A DNA stretch of 64,000 nt, from NCBI GenBank assembly GCA_938004065.1, contig CALKWM010000039.1:65313-129312 (forward strand), written 5' to 3'. The position numbers and the translations under genes are program-made. Positions within the stretch are counted from its first letter, which is position 1, and each line of letters begins with the position of its first letter. The stretch comes from an uncultured bacterium (GTDB taxonomy: Bacteria > Patescibacteriota > JAHJAL01). Below the pieces are notes generated by a model. It worked only from the letters and a program-made list of their open reading frames with translations. It searched no databases and was not told where the DNA came from. Shown in pieces: positions 41,254 through 51,945 of the stretch.

Positions 41254-41581
41254 TTTAAATTGATTTAATAACCAACAAAAGACCAATTTAAACGACATAT
41301 GTTACTTGGATTTAGTCAGATATGTAAGCCAACTAAATTGCGTCATAGTAAGTTTTGGCACCCAAGATCTGGTCGCTATGCCGATCAGGTTGGATGGCTG
41401 CCTAATTATTTAGGCAACGGCAGTAGCCATAGAAAATTGAGGAGTAAAAAGACTCTTCAATTTAGCTACAAAAGTGTTTGCATTTACATGCATGTAATTT
41501 GTAAATTTAAGTGGAGCAAATTACAACCCACCACATGCTTATGATATTAAAGATCAATTCTGTCGAAACCAAATCATCCCC
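41172..41581 (-). ncRNA. ssrA: tmRNA; predicted tag ANTFVAKLKSLFTPQFSMATAVA*
   Basis: 5' GGGGATGATTTGGTTTCGAC; 3' GGACGCCGGTTCGACTCCGGCCATCTCCA; G3-U acceptor stem; tag frame ending AVA-TAA; near smpB. Confidence 0.93.
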
Positions 41582-41644
41582 TAAATTTGCGCGAGCAAAT
41601 TTCTTTGCATAACTCACGAAAACTTAGCGAGTGACTTAGAAAAT

Positions 41645-42148
41645 CAAAATGCAAAACTCAAAGATCAAAATTACAACTAATAAATAAAAATTAATATAAA
41701 TTTAAAGAATAATTAATATGATTAATTCTATACTTTTAATATGGATAAAAATGAGTTAAAAATTCGAAGTTACATGTATTCAATCAGAATAATTAAATTT
41801 GTTTCGAAATTACCAAATAGTAGAGTATTTTGGATAGTTTCAGATCAATTATTGCGTTCTGCTACTTCAATCGGAGCCAACATATTCGAAGCGAAATCAT
41901 CTAGTTCAAAAAGAGACTTTATCAAATTCTTTGAGATCTCACTCAAATCTGCAAATGAAACCAAATATTGGTTAGGACTCCTAAGGGATAGTACAAATAT
42001 CAACAAAACAGAAATAAAAATATTACTTGGAGAGGTCAACGAAATTTCAAATATGCTTGGTGCAAGTTTACTTACTCTGAAAAATAAAAAATAAATTATA
42101 CGATTTGATTCTTAAGTTGTGGATTTGAGTTTTTAGTTTTGCACTTTG
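41645..42148. repeat. 34-bp imperfect inverted repeats flanking the four-helix-bundle gene
   Basis: 41645-41678 versus reverse complement of 42115-42148: 27/34 identical; heptamer-like periodicity. Confidence 0.7.
41741..42094 (+). CDS. Four helix bundle protein (23S rRNA IVP / Avd-like family)
   Basis: DQLLRSATSIGANIFEA...DFIKFFEISLKSANETKYWL. Confidence 0.92.
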   Translation: MDKNELKIRSYMYSIRIIKFVSKLPNSRVFWIVSDQLLRSATSIGANIFEAKSSSSKRDFIKFFEISLKSANETKYWLGLLRDSTNINKTEIKILLGEVNEISNMLGASLLTLKNKK

Positions 42149-42150
42149 CG

Positions 42151-42600
42151 TTAACTTCTCCCAAACTTCCTCCTCACTTCCCGATCAATCTGCCGTTTCT
42201 TGATCGTCTCGCGTTTATCAAACTTCTTTTTCCCCCGACCGATCCCGATTTCCACCTTGACCAATTTTTTGTTCTTAATGTAAAGAGATAGGGGAACCAG
42301 CGTCAAACCTTTTTCTTTCACCTTTCCGGTAAGTTTATTTAATTCCGATTTTTTAACCAATAACTTTCGCGATCTGGTTGGGTCATAATCTTTGCCGGTG
42401 TAGTTTTTAAATCTGTTGATATTGGCTCCCACCAACCACAATTCACCACTGATTATTTTGGCGTAAGCTTCTTTGATGCTAACTTTGCCTTCACGGATAC
42501 TTTTAACTTCGTATCCCTTCAATGCAATGCCTGCCTCCAGTGAGTCGAGGATTTCATAGTCAAATCTGGCTTTTTTGTTTTTTGCGATTACTTTACCCAC
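42151..42600 (-). CDS. smpB: SsrA-binding protein
   Basis: NKKARFDY, EAGIALKGYEVKSIR, RSRKLL, GKKKFDKRETIK; probable GTG start at 42600. Confidence 0.96.
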   Translation of the reverse strand: MGKVIAKNKKARFDYEILDSLEAGIALKGYEVKSIREGKVSIKEAYAKIISGELWLVGANINRFKNYTGKDYDPTRSRKLLVKKSELNKLTGKVKEKGLTLVPLSLYIKNKKLVKVEIGIGRGKKKFDKRETIKKRQIDREVRRKFGRS

Positions 42601-42768
42601 AACAAAATAGTATAATAAAATCAAACATTTGTCAAGTTTGGTATTTTCAAACCTTCATATTAATATCTCATACCCAATCACAACTTGTCAAATATCACAT
42701 TCATAAAATGTCAGAAACCCCAAACCATCAATATTTGAGGGATGATTTTTTTTAAAATTTATCATTTT

Positions 42769-43692
42769 TTACAAATCAAGCTCGATCGACACCAGATCCT
42801 GCTTTGAGCCGTCCTTGGCCGATAGGGTATAAACCTCCAATACACCCGACTTGGCTTCGCTTTCATACGCCACCGGAGTGGTAAATTCGCCAAATTCCCC
42901 GACATCGGGCGCGCCGGTGGTGATATATCCGCTCACCAGTTCGTTCCCGGCATCGTCATACAGTGTGTAATTTATCGTCGATTCAAACGCAATTGCCTCT
43001 CCCCGCAAGATAAATGGTGAAATTATCTGATCACCATCAAGTGGAGCATAGACCTTTATATTACCACTATCCGAAACTTCCTCGGATTTGGGATTGTCAC
43101 TCATTTCCTTTGGTTCCCCCTGTAAATCAAACTTCAAACTGCGTACGATATCATCCAATGCCTCGGCATAGAAATTACTATTGGTTTGCAGAGTCAGATA
43201 ATCGTTATCACCCAATTCAAAATAGTAAGCAACGTTTCTGGTTCCGGGCGCATACATTGACTCGCCGTCTTCTTTGACCACTCCATCAATCTTGGTTCCT
43301 TCTACGCCATCCACTATCACTTTTTCCTCAGTATAATCCAATGATTTTTTATCCGTCGTCAGTATTTCGTCAAAATTTGTTATCTCGCCTCGATTTATAC
43401 GGATGCTGTCCGGATCCGCCAGTTTTTTGGAAAACGGTTCATTTTTGATAATCAGCGAGTCTTCATCCTCTTCATCACTGACAAACCACCCATTCGGATA
43501 ATTTAGCGACCACTGTCCGCTGGGAGCTTCATAGATATTTTCAACTGTATTAACCCGCTTTGGTTTCTCAAACCCGCCTTTTTCGATTTTCTGCTTGGCA
43601 AAGTATATCGATACCATGGAAGTGGCCAATCCCAGGAAAATCACCAGCACAATTCCGATAATCACGATCCAAATGATGGAATTATTTCTCAT
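42769..43692 (-). CDS. Membrane-anchored protein with PsbP-like and Gmad2 Ig-like domains
   Basis: N-terminal TM; WSLNYPNGW; NIKVYAP...RGEAIAFEST. Confidence 0.7.
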   Translation of the reverse strand: MRNNSIIWIVIIGIVLVIFLGLATSMVSIYFAKQKIEKGGFEKPKRVNTVENIYEAPSGQWSLNYPNGWFVSDEEDEDSLIIKNEPFSKKLADPDSIRINRGEITNFDEILTTDKKSLDYTEEKVIVDGVEGTKIDGVVKEDGESMYAPGTRNVAYYFELGDNDYLTLQTNSNFYAEALDDIVRSLKFDLQGEPKEMSDNPKSEEVSDSGNIKVYAPLDGDQIISPFILRGEAIAFESTINYTLYDDAGNELVSGYITTGAPDVGEFGEFTTPVAYESEAKSGVLEVYTLSAKDGSKQDLVSIELDL

Positions 43693-43890
43693 ATTGTTTT
43701 TTAGTTAATGCTAATTACAAATACATTGTAGAAGTATTATTTGTAAATCTCAAATCATATACGAAATAATACTAAATTGCTAAATGGCTAAATTGTTATG
43801 AGCGTAATTTTTCAACCATTTAACACAAATACAAAAAAGACGTGTGTTTTTCAAAACATACGTCTTTTAAAAAATTTTTAAATATTTATT

Positions 43891-44463
43891 TTACGGGGCA
43901 TTAAATATGCCATTGGCAATATTTATCTGCCCCACAAAAAACTCCTGGTTTCTTTTTATATCTGTAAACCCGGACTTATGGAACTCAATCCAATAAGTAC
44001 CGGGTTCCATGTTTTCAACATGGAAATCGCCGTTGGATCCCGTAGTACCGGAGTACTTCAGGGTTCCGCCCTCACGGTCATAGACCTTGAGGTCCACTCC
44101 CGTGAGCAGAACAAGGGATCCTGAAGAGGCAAGATCTTTTGCCGAAGCATCGATCTCATATGCCACGAAATTTCCGTGGCATTTTCCCGATGCGATCGGC
44201 CCGAATTCATTCGGGTCGGTTACATAGGGAGGCGTAGGTGTTGGATCCGTAGTCGGCGGCGTCGGGATCGCCGTTGGATCGACAACCGGAGGTGTGGTCG
44301 GTGTCGCCGTCGGATTTACGACCGGCACCGTAGCCGTCGGGGCTGGGAGGTCTGGGACCACTCCACCGCCTCCTCCACCACCGCAACCGGCGGTCAAAAA
44401 TACTCCCAGGATTAGGATCCCGAGGAGGTTAATACAAAAAAGGCAATTAAGATGTTTTTTCAT
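43891..44463 (-). CDS. Lipoprotein with Gly/Pro/Thr linker and carboxypeptidase-regulatory-like domain
   Basis: LTAGCGGGGGGG, PTATP repeats, TTGSNGDF...PGTY; AGGAGG upstream; locally higher GC. Confidence 0.75.
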   Translation of the reverse strand: MKKHLNCLFCINLLGILILGVFLTAGCGGGGGGGVVPDLPAPTATVPVVNPTATPTTPPVVDPTAIPTPPTTDPTPTPPYVTDPNEFGPIASGKCHGNFVAYEIDASAKDLASSGSLVLLTGVDLKVYDREGGTLKYSGTTGSNGDFHVENMEPGTYWIEFHKSGFTDIKRNQEFFVGQINIANGIFNAP

Positions 44464-44710
44464 CTTCATTACCTCCTTTCTTTGTTTTTTAGGGTACACC
44501 CCTTTCGATTTATCCAGAGTGTAGTATAGAAATATATATTTGTCAAGGGTAATATCTATGAAAATAAAAATTATTAAGCACTGCTTGAGGGATCAAAATA
44601 TTATGGGTATTAACCTACATAATTTAAAATCCCCGGAATGCTCCAGGGATTTTTTTAGCTAAATAATATTTGGAGAGTTTAATTGACAAACTCACCATTT
44701 TTTTTGTGAC

Positions 44711-45048
44711 TCAAACTTTTTTCAACCTGCAATCAATATACTTTCGTAAATCATCATTTTTAACAATTTTCATTCCCTGATACTTGGAGTACTTTCTTTT
44801 AACCCTGGCTCGATGGTTAGCTTTAGTCGGATCATATTCACCCTTGACGCTGTTGCGTCTAATTTCTCGGCTTAGTGAAGAGTGACTTTTCCTAATTTCT
44901 CTGGCAATTGCCCGCAAGGAAAAACCCTTTTTCAGTAAGATCGAGATAGCAAGTCTATCCGTCTTAGTAAAGTGCCCGTATTTTTTACCCATAATGTTAG
45001 AAAATTAACTATTAATCTAATGTTACGGGTGGTGCACTTCAAAGTACA
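44711..45048 (-). mobile_element. IS30-family remnant (N-terminal HTH only, one end)
   Basis: SLRAIAREIRKSHSSLSREIRRN; ORF stops at 93 aa with no DDE domain; candidate end tgtactttgaagtgcacc. Confidence 0.85.
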
Positions 45049-45078
45049 ATTTATAACTAAATCAATAAAACAAAAATC

Positions 45079-45981
45079 ATGAATCTAAACATGCCAAAAA
45101 GTTTCTCCTTTAAGGGACCAAATGAAGAATACCTGAAAAAAGTAAATAAGCAACTTGGCCGGAAAGCATTGACAAAAGCTATCGACGAAGCGAAAGAGGA
45201 AAAACAAGAAGTCGAAGAAATAAAATCCGAGACAGAACAATATGTAGATGAAAAAATTCGAGATTTGATTACCGACATCCAAACTTCCAAAATCAAATCG
45301 CAACAAAACTACAATATGCAAGTTGCTTATCCCGATAATTTACAATATATCTTGAGTGATATCAAACCTCAGTTAACATCTGGAGGCATATCCGAACCGG
45401 CAATCAATTTGGCTATGAAATCAATATCTGCAGACGAACTGAAAAATTGCAAAACATACAAACAACATGTTGAATTAATCACCTCGAAACTTAAGCCGGT
45501 TCTGATTACTACATATAGAAAAAATAAGGTATTAGAACAAATTAAGGCAGAAATAGAATTAATGGATGAATATGATAGTTATCAAAAAAATGAAATAATC
45601 GAACAAGCAGATGAGCTTTTGGATAAAATGCTAACTAGAGGAGATATTGAATACAAAGATATTCCGAAGAAAATTATTCAAAAAATTCTGGGAAAAATTA
45701 ACCAAATCCCCAAAAAAGATATTACAACAGAATTTAAGTCAGGGGAAGTTCCAATTATAAGACAACAGATGGACCCAAAAAAAGTAGTCGAGTATTTGCA
45801 GATGAAATACTTTGAGGATTACTATGGGAAACTAAATCATTTCAACGATTTAGCAGGGAAATTGTCTCGTGGAGAAATTGGTATCAAGGAATTAACCGAT
45901 TATCTGCAAGAATTTGAAGATATTACCGATGAGGACAAACGAGTAGTTTACAAACACAATAATATCGAATACTTACTCTAG
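45079..45981 (+). CDS. Hypothetical helical, charged protein
   Basis: 300-aa ORF, no motif recognised. Confidence 0.7.
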   Translation: MNLNMPKSFSFKGPNEEYLKKVNKQLGRKALTKAIDEAKEEKQEVEEIKSETEQYVDEKIRDLITDIQTSKIKSQQNYNMQVAYPDNLQYILSDIKPQLTSGGISEPAINLAMKSISADELKNCKTYKQHVELITSKLKPVLITTYRKNKVLEQIKAEIELMDEYDSYQKNEIIEQADELLDKMLTRGDIEYKDIPKKIIQKILGKINQIPKKDITTEFKSGEVPIIRQQMDPKKVVEYLQMKYFEDYYGKLNHFNDLAGKLSRGEIGIKELTDYLQEFEDITDEDKRVVYKHNNIEYLL

Positions 45982-46001
45982 AAAAATTTATAAACATTAA
46001 G

Positions 46002-46025
46002 AAACACAACCTTGCGGTTGTGTTT
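46002..46025. terminator. Bidirectional terminator-like hairpin
   Basis: aaacacaacc-ttgc-ggttgtgttt between convergent genes. Confidence 0.7.
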
Positions 46026-46050
46026 TTAAAATATCTCGTTATTATTGAGT

Positions 46051-47817
46051 TTATTTTTCCTCTTTTTTCACAATCTTTAACCCCAATTCCGCCAATTGAT
46101 CCTCGCTCACCTCGCTCGGCGCATTCATCATCAGATCCTCCGCCCGGCTATTTTTGGGGAACGCCACCACCTCACGGATATTGTCTTCACCCAGTAACAC
46201 CATACACATCCGCTCGATGCCGGGCGCGAAACCGCAAGTTGGTGGTGCGCCGTATTGGAAAGCGGCGATCATTCCGCCAAATTTTTCTTCCACATATTTC
46301 TGGTCATATCCCACTATCTCAAATGCTTTGAGCATGGTTTTTTTATCATAATTACGAACCGCCCCACTGGAAAGTTCAAATCCATTGGCGATGATATCGT
46401 ATTGATCGGCTTTGATATCCAGCGGATCCATCGTGTTCAACGCTTCCAACCCGCCTTGTGGCAAACTAAAAGGGTTGTGCGCGAAATCGATCTTGCCCGT
46501 ATCCGGATCTTGCTCAAACATCGGAAAGTCCACGATCCACGCCCAAGCAATCACGTTTTCATCGATCAAATCCAATTTTTTACCCAAAATCTGTCGCACT
46601 CTTCCCAACGCTTCACAGGAAACTTTCCAGTTATCAGCGACAAACAATAGCAAACAATCTTTCTCGATATCTAAATCCGATTTTAGTTGCGCCAACTCTT
46701 CCGCCGTAAAAAATTTGGCAATTCCGCCATCAAATTTTCCATCCTGATACTTCATCCAGGCCAAACCCTTGGCTCCCAGTTTTTTGGCGTAACCTTCCAA
46801 CTCATCAATTTCTTTGCGAGAATATTGCACCGCTTCATCCACTTTCAAAACTCTGGTGTGCATAGCGGTTGCAAAAACCTTGAACTCGGTCTTTTTCGCC
46901 CAGTCGCTAACATCATTTAAAAACAAATCAAACCGCAAATCCGGGCGATCACTGCCGTATTTTTCCATCGCTTCTTTAAACGGGATACGAGGCAACACCT
47001 TGTCTTTGACTTTTTTACCGGCCAATTTTTCGGTTAGCTCGATAAACAATGGCTCCATTTCCGCGAAAAATTCCCCACTCGTTTTGAAACTGGTTTCGAT
47101 ATCCAGTTGATAAAACTCACCCGGCGAACGATCGGCTCTGGGGTCTTCATCACGCATACACACCGCAATCTGATAGTATTTATCAAATCCGGCGACCATC
47201 AACAACTGTTTGTATTGTTGTGGTGCTTGTGGCAGAGCGTAAAATTTTCCCGGATGCAAACGACTGGGAACCAGGAAATCGCGGGCTCCCTCGGGACTGG
47301 ATGAGGTTAAAATCGGGGTATCGATATGTAGAAAGTCCCGCTCCTGCATATATCGATGGATATACTGCACCATATCGTTACGAAATTTGATGTTGTCCTG
47401 CAGTTTTTTCCGTCGCAAATCCAGAAAACGGTATTTCAATCGTAAATCTTCTCTCGCTTCCTCTTTGTTCGTTTCAAAAATCTCAAACGGTTGCGGGTCG
47501 GCCGTGCTTAAAATCTGCAAATCATTGGCCAGTAATTCAATTTCACCGGTTACGATATCTCTATTTACATTCTTTTCATCTCTAATCTTGACCTTGCCGG
47601 TTACTTTGATCACATATTCATTTCCCAGCGTTTCAGCCACTTTCAATAAATTTACCTCGTCGGGACCGAAAGTAACTTGCGTTATCCCGTAGCGATCACG
47701 TAAATCGATAAACACCAACCCACCCAAATCACGTTTTTTATTAACCCAGCCGGACAAAGTTACTTCATTTCCTTCATTTTCTTTGGTTAATTCCCCACAG
47801 TTATGTGTACGATACAT
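46051..47817 (-). CDS. aspS: Aspartate--tRNA ligase
   Basis: MYRTHNCGEL, FIDLRDRYG, PEGARDFLVP, ALPQAPQQYKQLLM, GIER. Confidence 0.97.
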   Translation of the reverse strand: MYRTHNCGELTKENEGNEVTLSGWVNKKRDLGGLVFIDLRDRYGITQVTFGPDEVNLLKVAETLGNEYVIKVTGKVKIRDEKNVNRDIVTGEIELLANDLQILSTADPQPFEIFETNKEEAREDLRLKYRFLDLRRKKLQDNIKFRNDMVQYIHRYMQERDFLHIDTPILTSSSPEGARDFLVPSRLHPGKFYALPQAPQQYKQLLMVAGFDKYYQIAVCMRDEDPRADRSPGEFYQLDIETSFKTSGEFFAEMEPLFIELTEKLAGKKVKDKVLPRIPFKEAMEKYGSDRPDLRFDLFLNDVSDWAKKTEFKVFATAMHTRVLKVDEAVQYSRKEIDELEGYAKKLGAKGLAWMKYQDGKFDGGIAKFFTAEELAQLKSDLDIEKDCLLLFVADNWKVSCEALGRVRQILGKKLDLIDENVIAWAWIVDFPMFEQDPDTGKIDFAHNPFSLPQGGLEALNTMDPLDIKADQYDIIANGFELSSGAVRNYDKKTMLKAFEIVGYDQKYVEEKFGGMIAAFQYGAPPTCGFAPGIERMCMVLLGEDNIREVVAFPKNSRAEDLMMNAPSEVSEDQLAELGLKIVKKEEK

Positions 47818-48007
47818 TTTTTTATGTAAAAAGTAATAAGTAAGAACATAATATTCAATATGCAATAAGCAATATGCAAAAAAGTACCAATAACCAATTT
47901 TCAATATCCAATTAAACCCAACCAATACAACAATTTAACCATTCAACCTCTTATTCTTTAGTTCTTATATTGTTTGATAGGTTTGTTAATTGATATATTT
48001 GATAAGT

Positions 48008-49063
48008 TTATTTAAGATTCTCCCATTCCTTTATCACTACGCTAATCGCTGCCGCCGCCGGCACAGCCACCATCATTCCCAATACTCCCGCCAGCGTACC
48101 GCCAACGAGAAGCGAAGTGATTACCGTAACCGGACTCAAACCGACAATTTTGCCCATGATCTTTGGGGTAATAAATTGGCCCTCGATCTGCTGAATCAAA
48201 ACCGTTATCAGTATTACCGCCAATGCCAACCAGATTGATTGCGTCAACGCTACTAACACCGCCGGTATGATCGCGATAATCGGACCAACCATCGGTATGA
48301 TACTCAAAATTCCGGCAATTATCGCCAATACCAGCGGAAATTTTACACCCAGAATCAACATTCCGATATATGTCATAAGACCGATTGTAGTACTGACGAT
48401 TAATTGTCCTCGTAACCACAAACCGGTTTTTTTATTGGTTATTTGCAATACCTTTAAAACCGATACCTGTTTCTGATTGGGCAATACTCCCATCAGAAAA
48501 TTATGTAAGCCATCCTCTTCCAACAAGAGATAAAAGGTTAAAGCGAAAATTGTTATTAACGCCAGTAAAGCATTGATCACTCCAAAAGTTTGATTTACCA
48601 CCAATTCGGAAACGTTACTAACTTGTGAATACAATACTTGTAAAGTTTGTCCCAGATTGTCGATCAAACCGGCATCGGATAACCAATCCTTGAGGGAAAT
48701 TATCTTTATCTGAGTATCGCTATTGTGAATAAACTCATCCAATTTTTGTGGAAATTCGGTCACAAACTGTTGCAGTTGCCCGAGCAGTGGCGGAAATACT
48801 ATAAAAGCCATCGAGGCGATAAATACTAGCAACAAAGTAAACATTATCACTACCGCCAGCAGTCGTGGTAACCGTCTTTTTTGCATCCATTCCACCGAAG
48901 GATTCATGGCCGCCACTAGAACCGTTACAATAAACAGCATCAATATCACATTGCGGATATAATAAACAACCACCGTCAACAAAATAAACAATATCACTTT
49001 GACGATAGTCCAGCTGGAAATATCTACCAGCAAATAACTATTATCCCCTCTTTTTATTTTCAT
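48008..49063 (-). CDS. AI-2E family transporter
   Basis: WLRGQL, IPMVGP, QQIEGQFITPKIMG, GLSP. Confidence 0.9.
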   Translation of the reverse strand: MKIKRGDNSYLLVDISSWTIVKVILFILLTVVVYYIRNVILMLFIVTVLVAAMNPSVEWMQKRRLPRLLAVVIMFTLLLVFIASMAFIVFPPLLGQLQQFVTEFPQKLDEFIHNSDTQIKIISLKDWLSDAGLIDNLGQTLQVLYSQVSNVSELVVNQTFGVINALLALITIFALTFYLLLEEDGLHNFLMGVLPNQKQVSVLKVLQITNKKTGLWLRGQLIVSTTIGLMTYIGMLILGVKFPLVLAIIAGILSIIPMVGPIIAIIPAVLVALTQSIWLALAVILITVLIQQIEGQFITPKIMGKIVGLSPVTVITSLLVGGTLAGVLGMMVAVPAAAAISVVIKEWENLK

Positions 49064-49200
49064 GGCGGATTTAAAAAAAATTAATAATGACTGACCCTGT
49101 GCTAATTATAACTTATATTTGCCATATAAAACAAAAACCACGGTAATCATATACCGTAGTCTTCGCTTTATAAATTTGCACTTACAATGTAAAGTGTAAA

Positions 49201-49479
49201 TTACTTTTTGACCGCTAATTTCAGAGTTTTTCCGGCGCGGAATTTTGGTACAACGGCGGCAGGGATTTTCAGTTTTACTGATGGATTTTGTGGGTTTACG
49301 CCCATTCTGGCAGCTCTTTTGTTGGTCATAAAAGTACCGAAGCCGGCCAACACAACTTTCTTTCCTTTTTTCAATTGATCGGTAACTTCTCCGATCATTT
49401 CGTTGACAACTAGGCCAACATTTCTCTTGGAAAGTCCTGTTTCCTTGGCGATTACTTCGATGAGTTCTTGCTTGTTCAC
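49201..49479 (-). CDS. hup: HU family DNA-binding protein
   Basis: NKQELI...GFGTF...GVNPQ...PKFRAGKTLK; GTG start with GGAGG. Confidence 0.93.
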   Translation of the reverse strand: MNKQELIEVIAKETGLSKRNVGLVVNEMIGEVTDQLKKGKKVVLAGFGTFMTNKRAARMGVNPQNPSVKLKIPAAVVPKFRAGKTLKLAVKK

Positions 49480-49566
49480 ACTCACCTCCTTGCAAAAAAA
49501 TAAATAAATAAAATCTAAATCAATCCAATAATAACTTCGAGTTTGGTTGATTGTCAAACACTAGAC

Positions 49567-50382
49567 TTAATTATCAAGATTTAATAAAACTCGCTTAATT
49601 GAGATAGCTTTTTGAGAGCCATTTTTCGTTTTTATTACCACGCCGGACAAAAAAGTCGGACCGGAAGTTTTCCACACAAATTTTTGTGGAAGTTGTGTCA
49701 AATATTGCTTTATAACTATATTTTTCTTGACTCCTAACACACTATCGCCGGCTCCGGTCATGCCCACATCACTAATAATAGCTGTTCCCAAAGGCATGAT
49801 TTTTTCATCCGCAGTCTGGACATGAGTATGTGTACCCAAAACTGCGGACACTCGGCCATCAAGATAGTGCATCATAGACATTTTTTCGCTGGTTGCCTCC
49901 GCATGAAAATCAACTAAAATCGCATCGACGTTTGAAATATCGATTCCTTCGGCTCGTATTTCTTTATCCAATATCTGATCTACCGCTCGAAAAGGACAAT
50001 CAAAGTCCTCCCGAAAATACATTCGTCCGATGATATTGATTACAATCAACTTTTGTCCCAGTGCGTTTTCAAACAAACGCCAACCTCTTCCCACGGTCCC
50101 GGGTGGATAGTTTGCCGGTCGCAAAATCGGGCTGTCATTTCTTTTCAGCATTTCAAACGCTTCTTCCTTACGGAAAACGTGATTACCACTGGTTACCACA
50201 TCCACACCGGCATCCATGATTTGTTTGACCGTTTTGCGGTCCAGGCCAACCCCGCCGGCCAGGTTTTCCCCATTGGCAATTACCCAGTCAACATCCTCCT
50301 CCTTGCGTAATTTCGGCAGTAATTGTTCGACAATGGTCCTACCCGGCCTCCCCACAATATCACCGATCATTAGTATCTTCAT
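49567..50382 (-). CDS. ymdB: YmdB-family metallophosphoesterase
   Basis: GDIVGRPG, NGEN, SGNH, DFHAEATSEK, GTHTH; directly downstream of rny. Confidence 0.93.
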   Translation of the reverse strand: MKILMIGDIVGRPGRTIVEQLLPKLRKEEDVDWVIANGENLAGGVGLDRKTVKQIMDAGVDVVTSGNHVFRKEEAFEMLKRNDSPILRPANYPPGTVGRGWRLFENALGQKLIVINIIGRMYFREDFDCPFRAVDQILDKEIRAEGIDISNVDAILVDFHAEATSEKMSMMHYLDGRVSAVLGTHTHVQTADEKIMPLGTAIISDVGMTGAGDSVLGVKKNIVIKQYLTQLPQKFVWKTSGPTFLSGVVIKTKNGSQKAISIKRVLLNLDN

Positions 50383-50407
50383 AACAATTGTTTTTACTTC
50401 AGACAAA

Positions 50408-51931
50408 TTACTTGGCGTAATCAACCGATCGAATTTCTCGGATGACATGCACTTTAATCTGCCCCGGGTAAGTCATTTCCTGCTCAATCTTGCGGGCTAT
50501 TTCGTGCGTCATCTTCTCCGCCTGCAGATCGGACACTTCTTCCGGTTTAACAATCACTCTTACCTCACGACCGGCTTGGATGGCAAATGATTTTTCCACT
50601 CCGGCAAAGTTGTTGGTAAGATTCTCCAACTCTTTCAGCCGTTGTATATACTGCTCGGTTGATTCTCGACGGGCACCCGGCCGGGCTCCGGAAATAGCGT
50701 CGGCGGTTTTAACAATCACCGCTTCCAAAGTCTTGGCTTCGATATCATCATGGTGCGCCGCCGCCGCATGGGCCACGGTTTCCGGTAAACCGAATTTCTT
50801 GATCAAATCATAACTCAAGTGATGGTGTGGCTGATCAATCTCGTGATCGAGCGCTTTACCCAAGTCATGCAGTAAACCGGCTTTACGGCAAATTTCCACA
50901 TCCGCCCCGATCTCCGCCGCCAATAAAGTTGCAATTTTGGACACTTCGATTGCATGTCTGAGTTGATTTTGTCCGTAACTGGTTCGAAATTTTAAACGTC
51001 CCAAGATTTTGATTATTTCTGTTGGCAGTCCGGCTACACCCGCCTCATAAGCCGCATCCTCACCGGCTTCTTTGATTTGGTTTTTCACGTCTTCAGCTAC
51101 GGATTTAACCACCTTTTCAATTTGTGCCGGATGGATCCGACCGTCAGCAATCAATTTTTCCAACGACAACATTGCCACATGGCGTCTAACCGGATCAAAA
51201 CAAGAAACTGTAACCGATTCCGGTGTATCATCAACGATCACATCCACGCCGGTGATTCTCTCAAATGCTTGGATATTTCGTCCCTCACGACCGATAATTC
51301 TACCCTTTACTTCATCGGAAGGTATCGCAATTGACTTGATTGTGGTTTCCGCTGTTTGTTCACTAGCCATCCTCTGTGTAACTGTCGCGATGATGTTTCT
51401 CGCCTCTTTGTCGCCTTCTTCTTTGGCGATTTTCTTCATTTCTTTGATCTTGCGCAAGATCTCGTTTTCATATTCTTTCTCGGTTTCTTTGAGTAATTGA
51501 CTTTGTGCTTCCTCAACGGTCATCTTGGCAATTCTCTCCAGCTCGGCTTGCATTTTTTCCTTGGCCTGATCCAGTTCGGCCTGCATCAAGTCCTGCTCCT
51601 CATTTCTCTTCAATATTTTTTCTTTTCTTTTTTCCAGCTCATCCAATTTTTTCTCAAAATTTTCTTCTCTGGTCGCCAATCGACTCTCCAGTTTGGATAT
51701 TTTATCCATCCGGCGATGTTCTTCTTTCTTTGCCTCTTCTCTGATCATCAACGCTTCATCTTTACTGGAAATCAAAATTTCCTTACTCTTAGTTTTGGCG
51801 CCATCGATAATCTTGTTTCCCTCTTCCTCCGCTTCTTTGAGTTTTTTCTCCAAATTTACTTTTTTTATGGTATAACCAATACCACCACCCATCAGGAGGC
51901 CTACCACCAGTCCGATAACAATGTTTAACAT
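50408..51931 (-). CDS. rny: Ribonuclease Y
   Basis: N-terminal TM and coiled coil, KH (KGRIIGREGRNI), HD (LLHDLGK), ADAISGARPGARR. Confidence 0.97.
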   Translation of the reverse strand: MLNIVIGLVVGLLMGGGIGYTIKKVNLEKKLKEAEEEGNKIIDGAKTKSKEILISSKDEALMIREEAKKEEHRRMDKISKLESRLATREENFEKKLDELEKRKEKILKRNEEQDLMQAELDQAKEKMQAELERIAKMTVEEAQSQLLKETEKEYENEILRKIKEMKKIAKEEGDKEARNIIATVTQRMASEQTAETTIKSIAIPSDEVKGRIIGREGRNIQAFERITGVDVIVDDTPESVTVSCFDPVRRHVAMLSLEKLIADGRIHPAQIEKVVKSVAEDVKNQIKEAGEDAAYEAGVAGLPTEIIKILGRLKFRTSYGQNQLRHAIEVSKIATLLAAEIGADVEICRKAGLLHDLGKALDHEIDQPHHHLSYDLIKKFGLPETVAHAAAAHHDDIEAKTLEAVIVKTADAISGARPGARRESTEQYIQRLKELENLTNNFAGVEKSFAIQAGREVRVIVKPEEVSDLQAEKMTHEIARKIEQEMTYPGQIKVHVIREIRSVDYAK

Positions 51932-51945
51932 AATTTAACCTTTCT

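Noticed and set aside
41299-41544. 81-aa plus-strand ORF
   Set aside because: Lies antisense within the tmRNA gene
41741-42094. Avd-like protein as part of a diversity-generating retroelement
   Set aside because: No reverse transcriptase and no TR/VR pair with adenine-specific mismatches seen in the window
44711-44992. Active IS30 element
   Set aside because: Only the HTH portion remains; no catalytic domain or second end found
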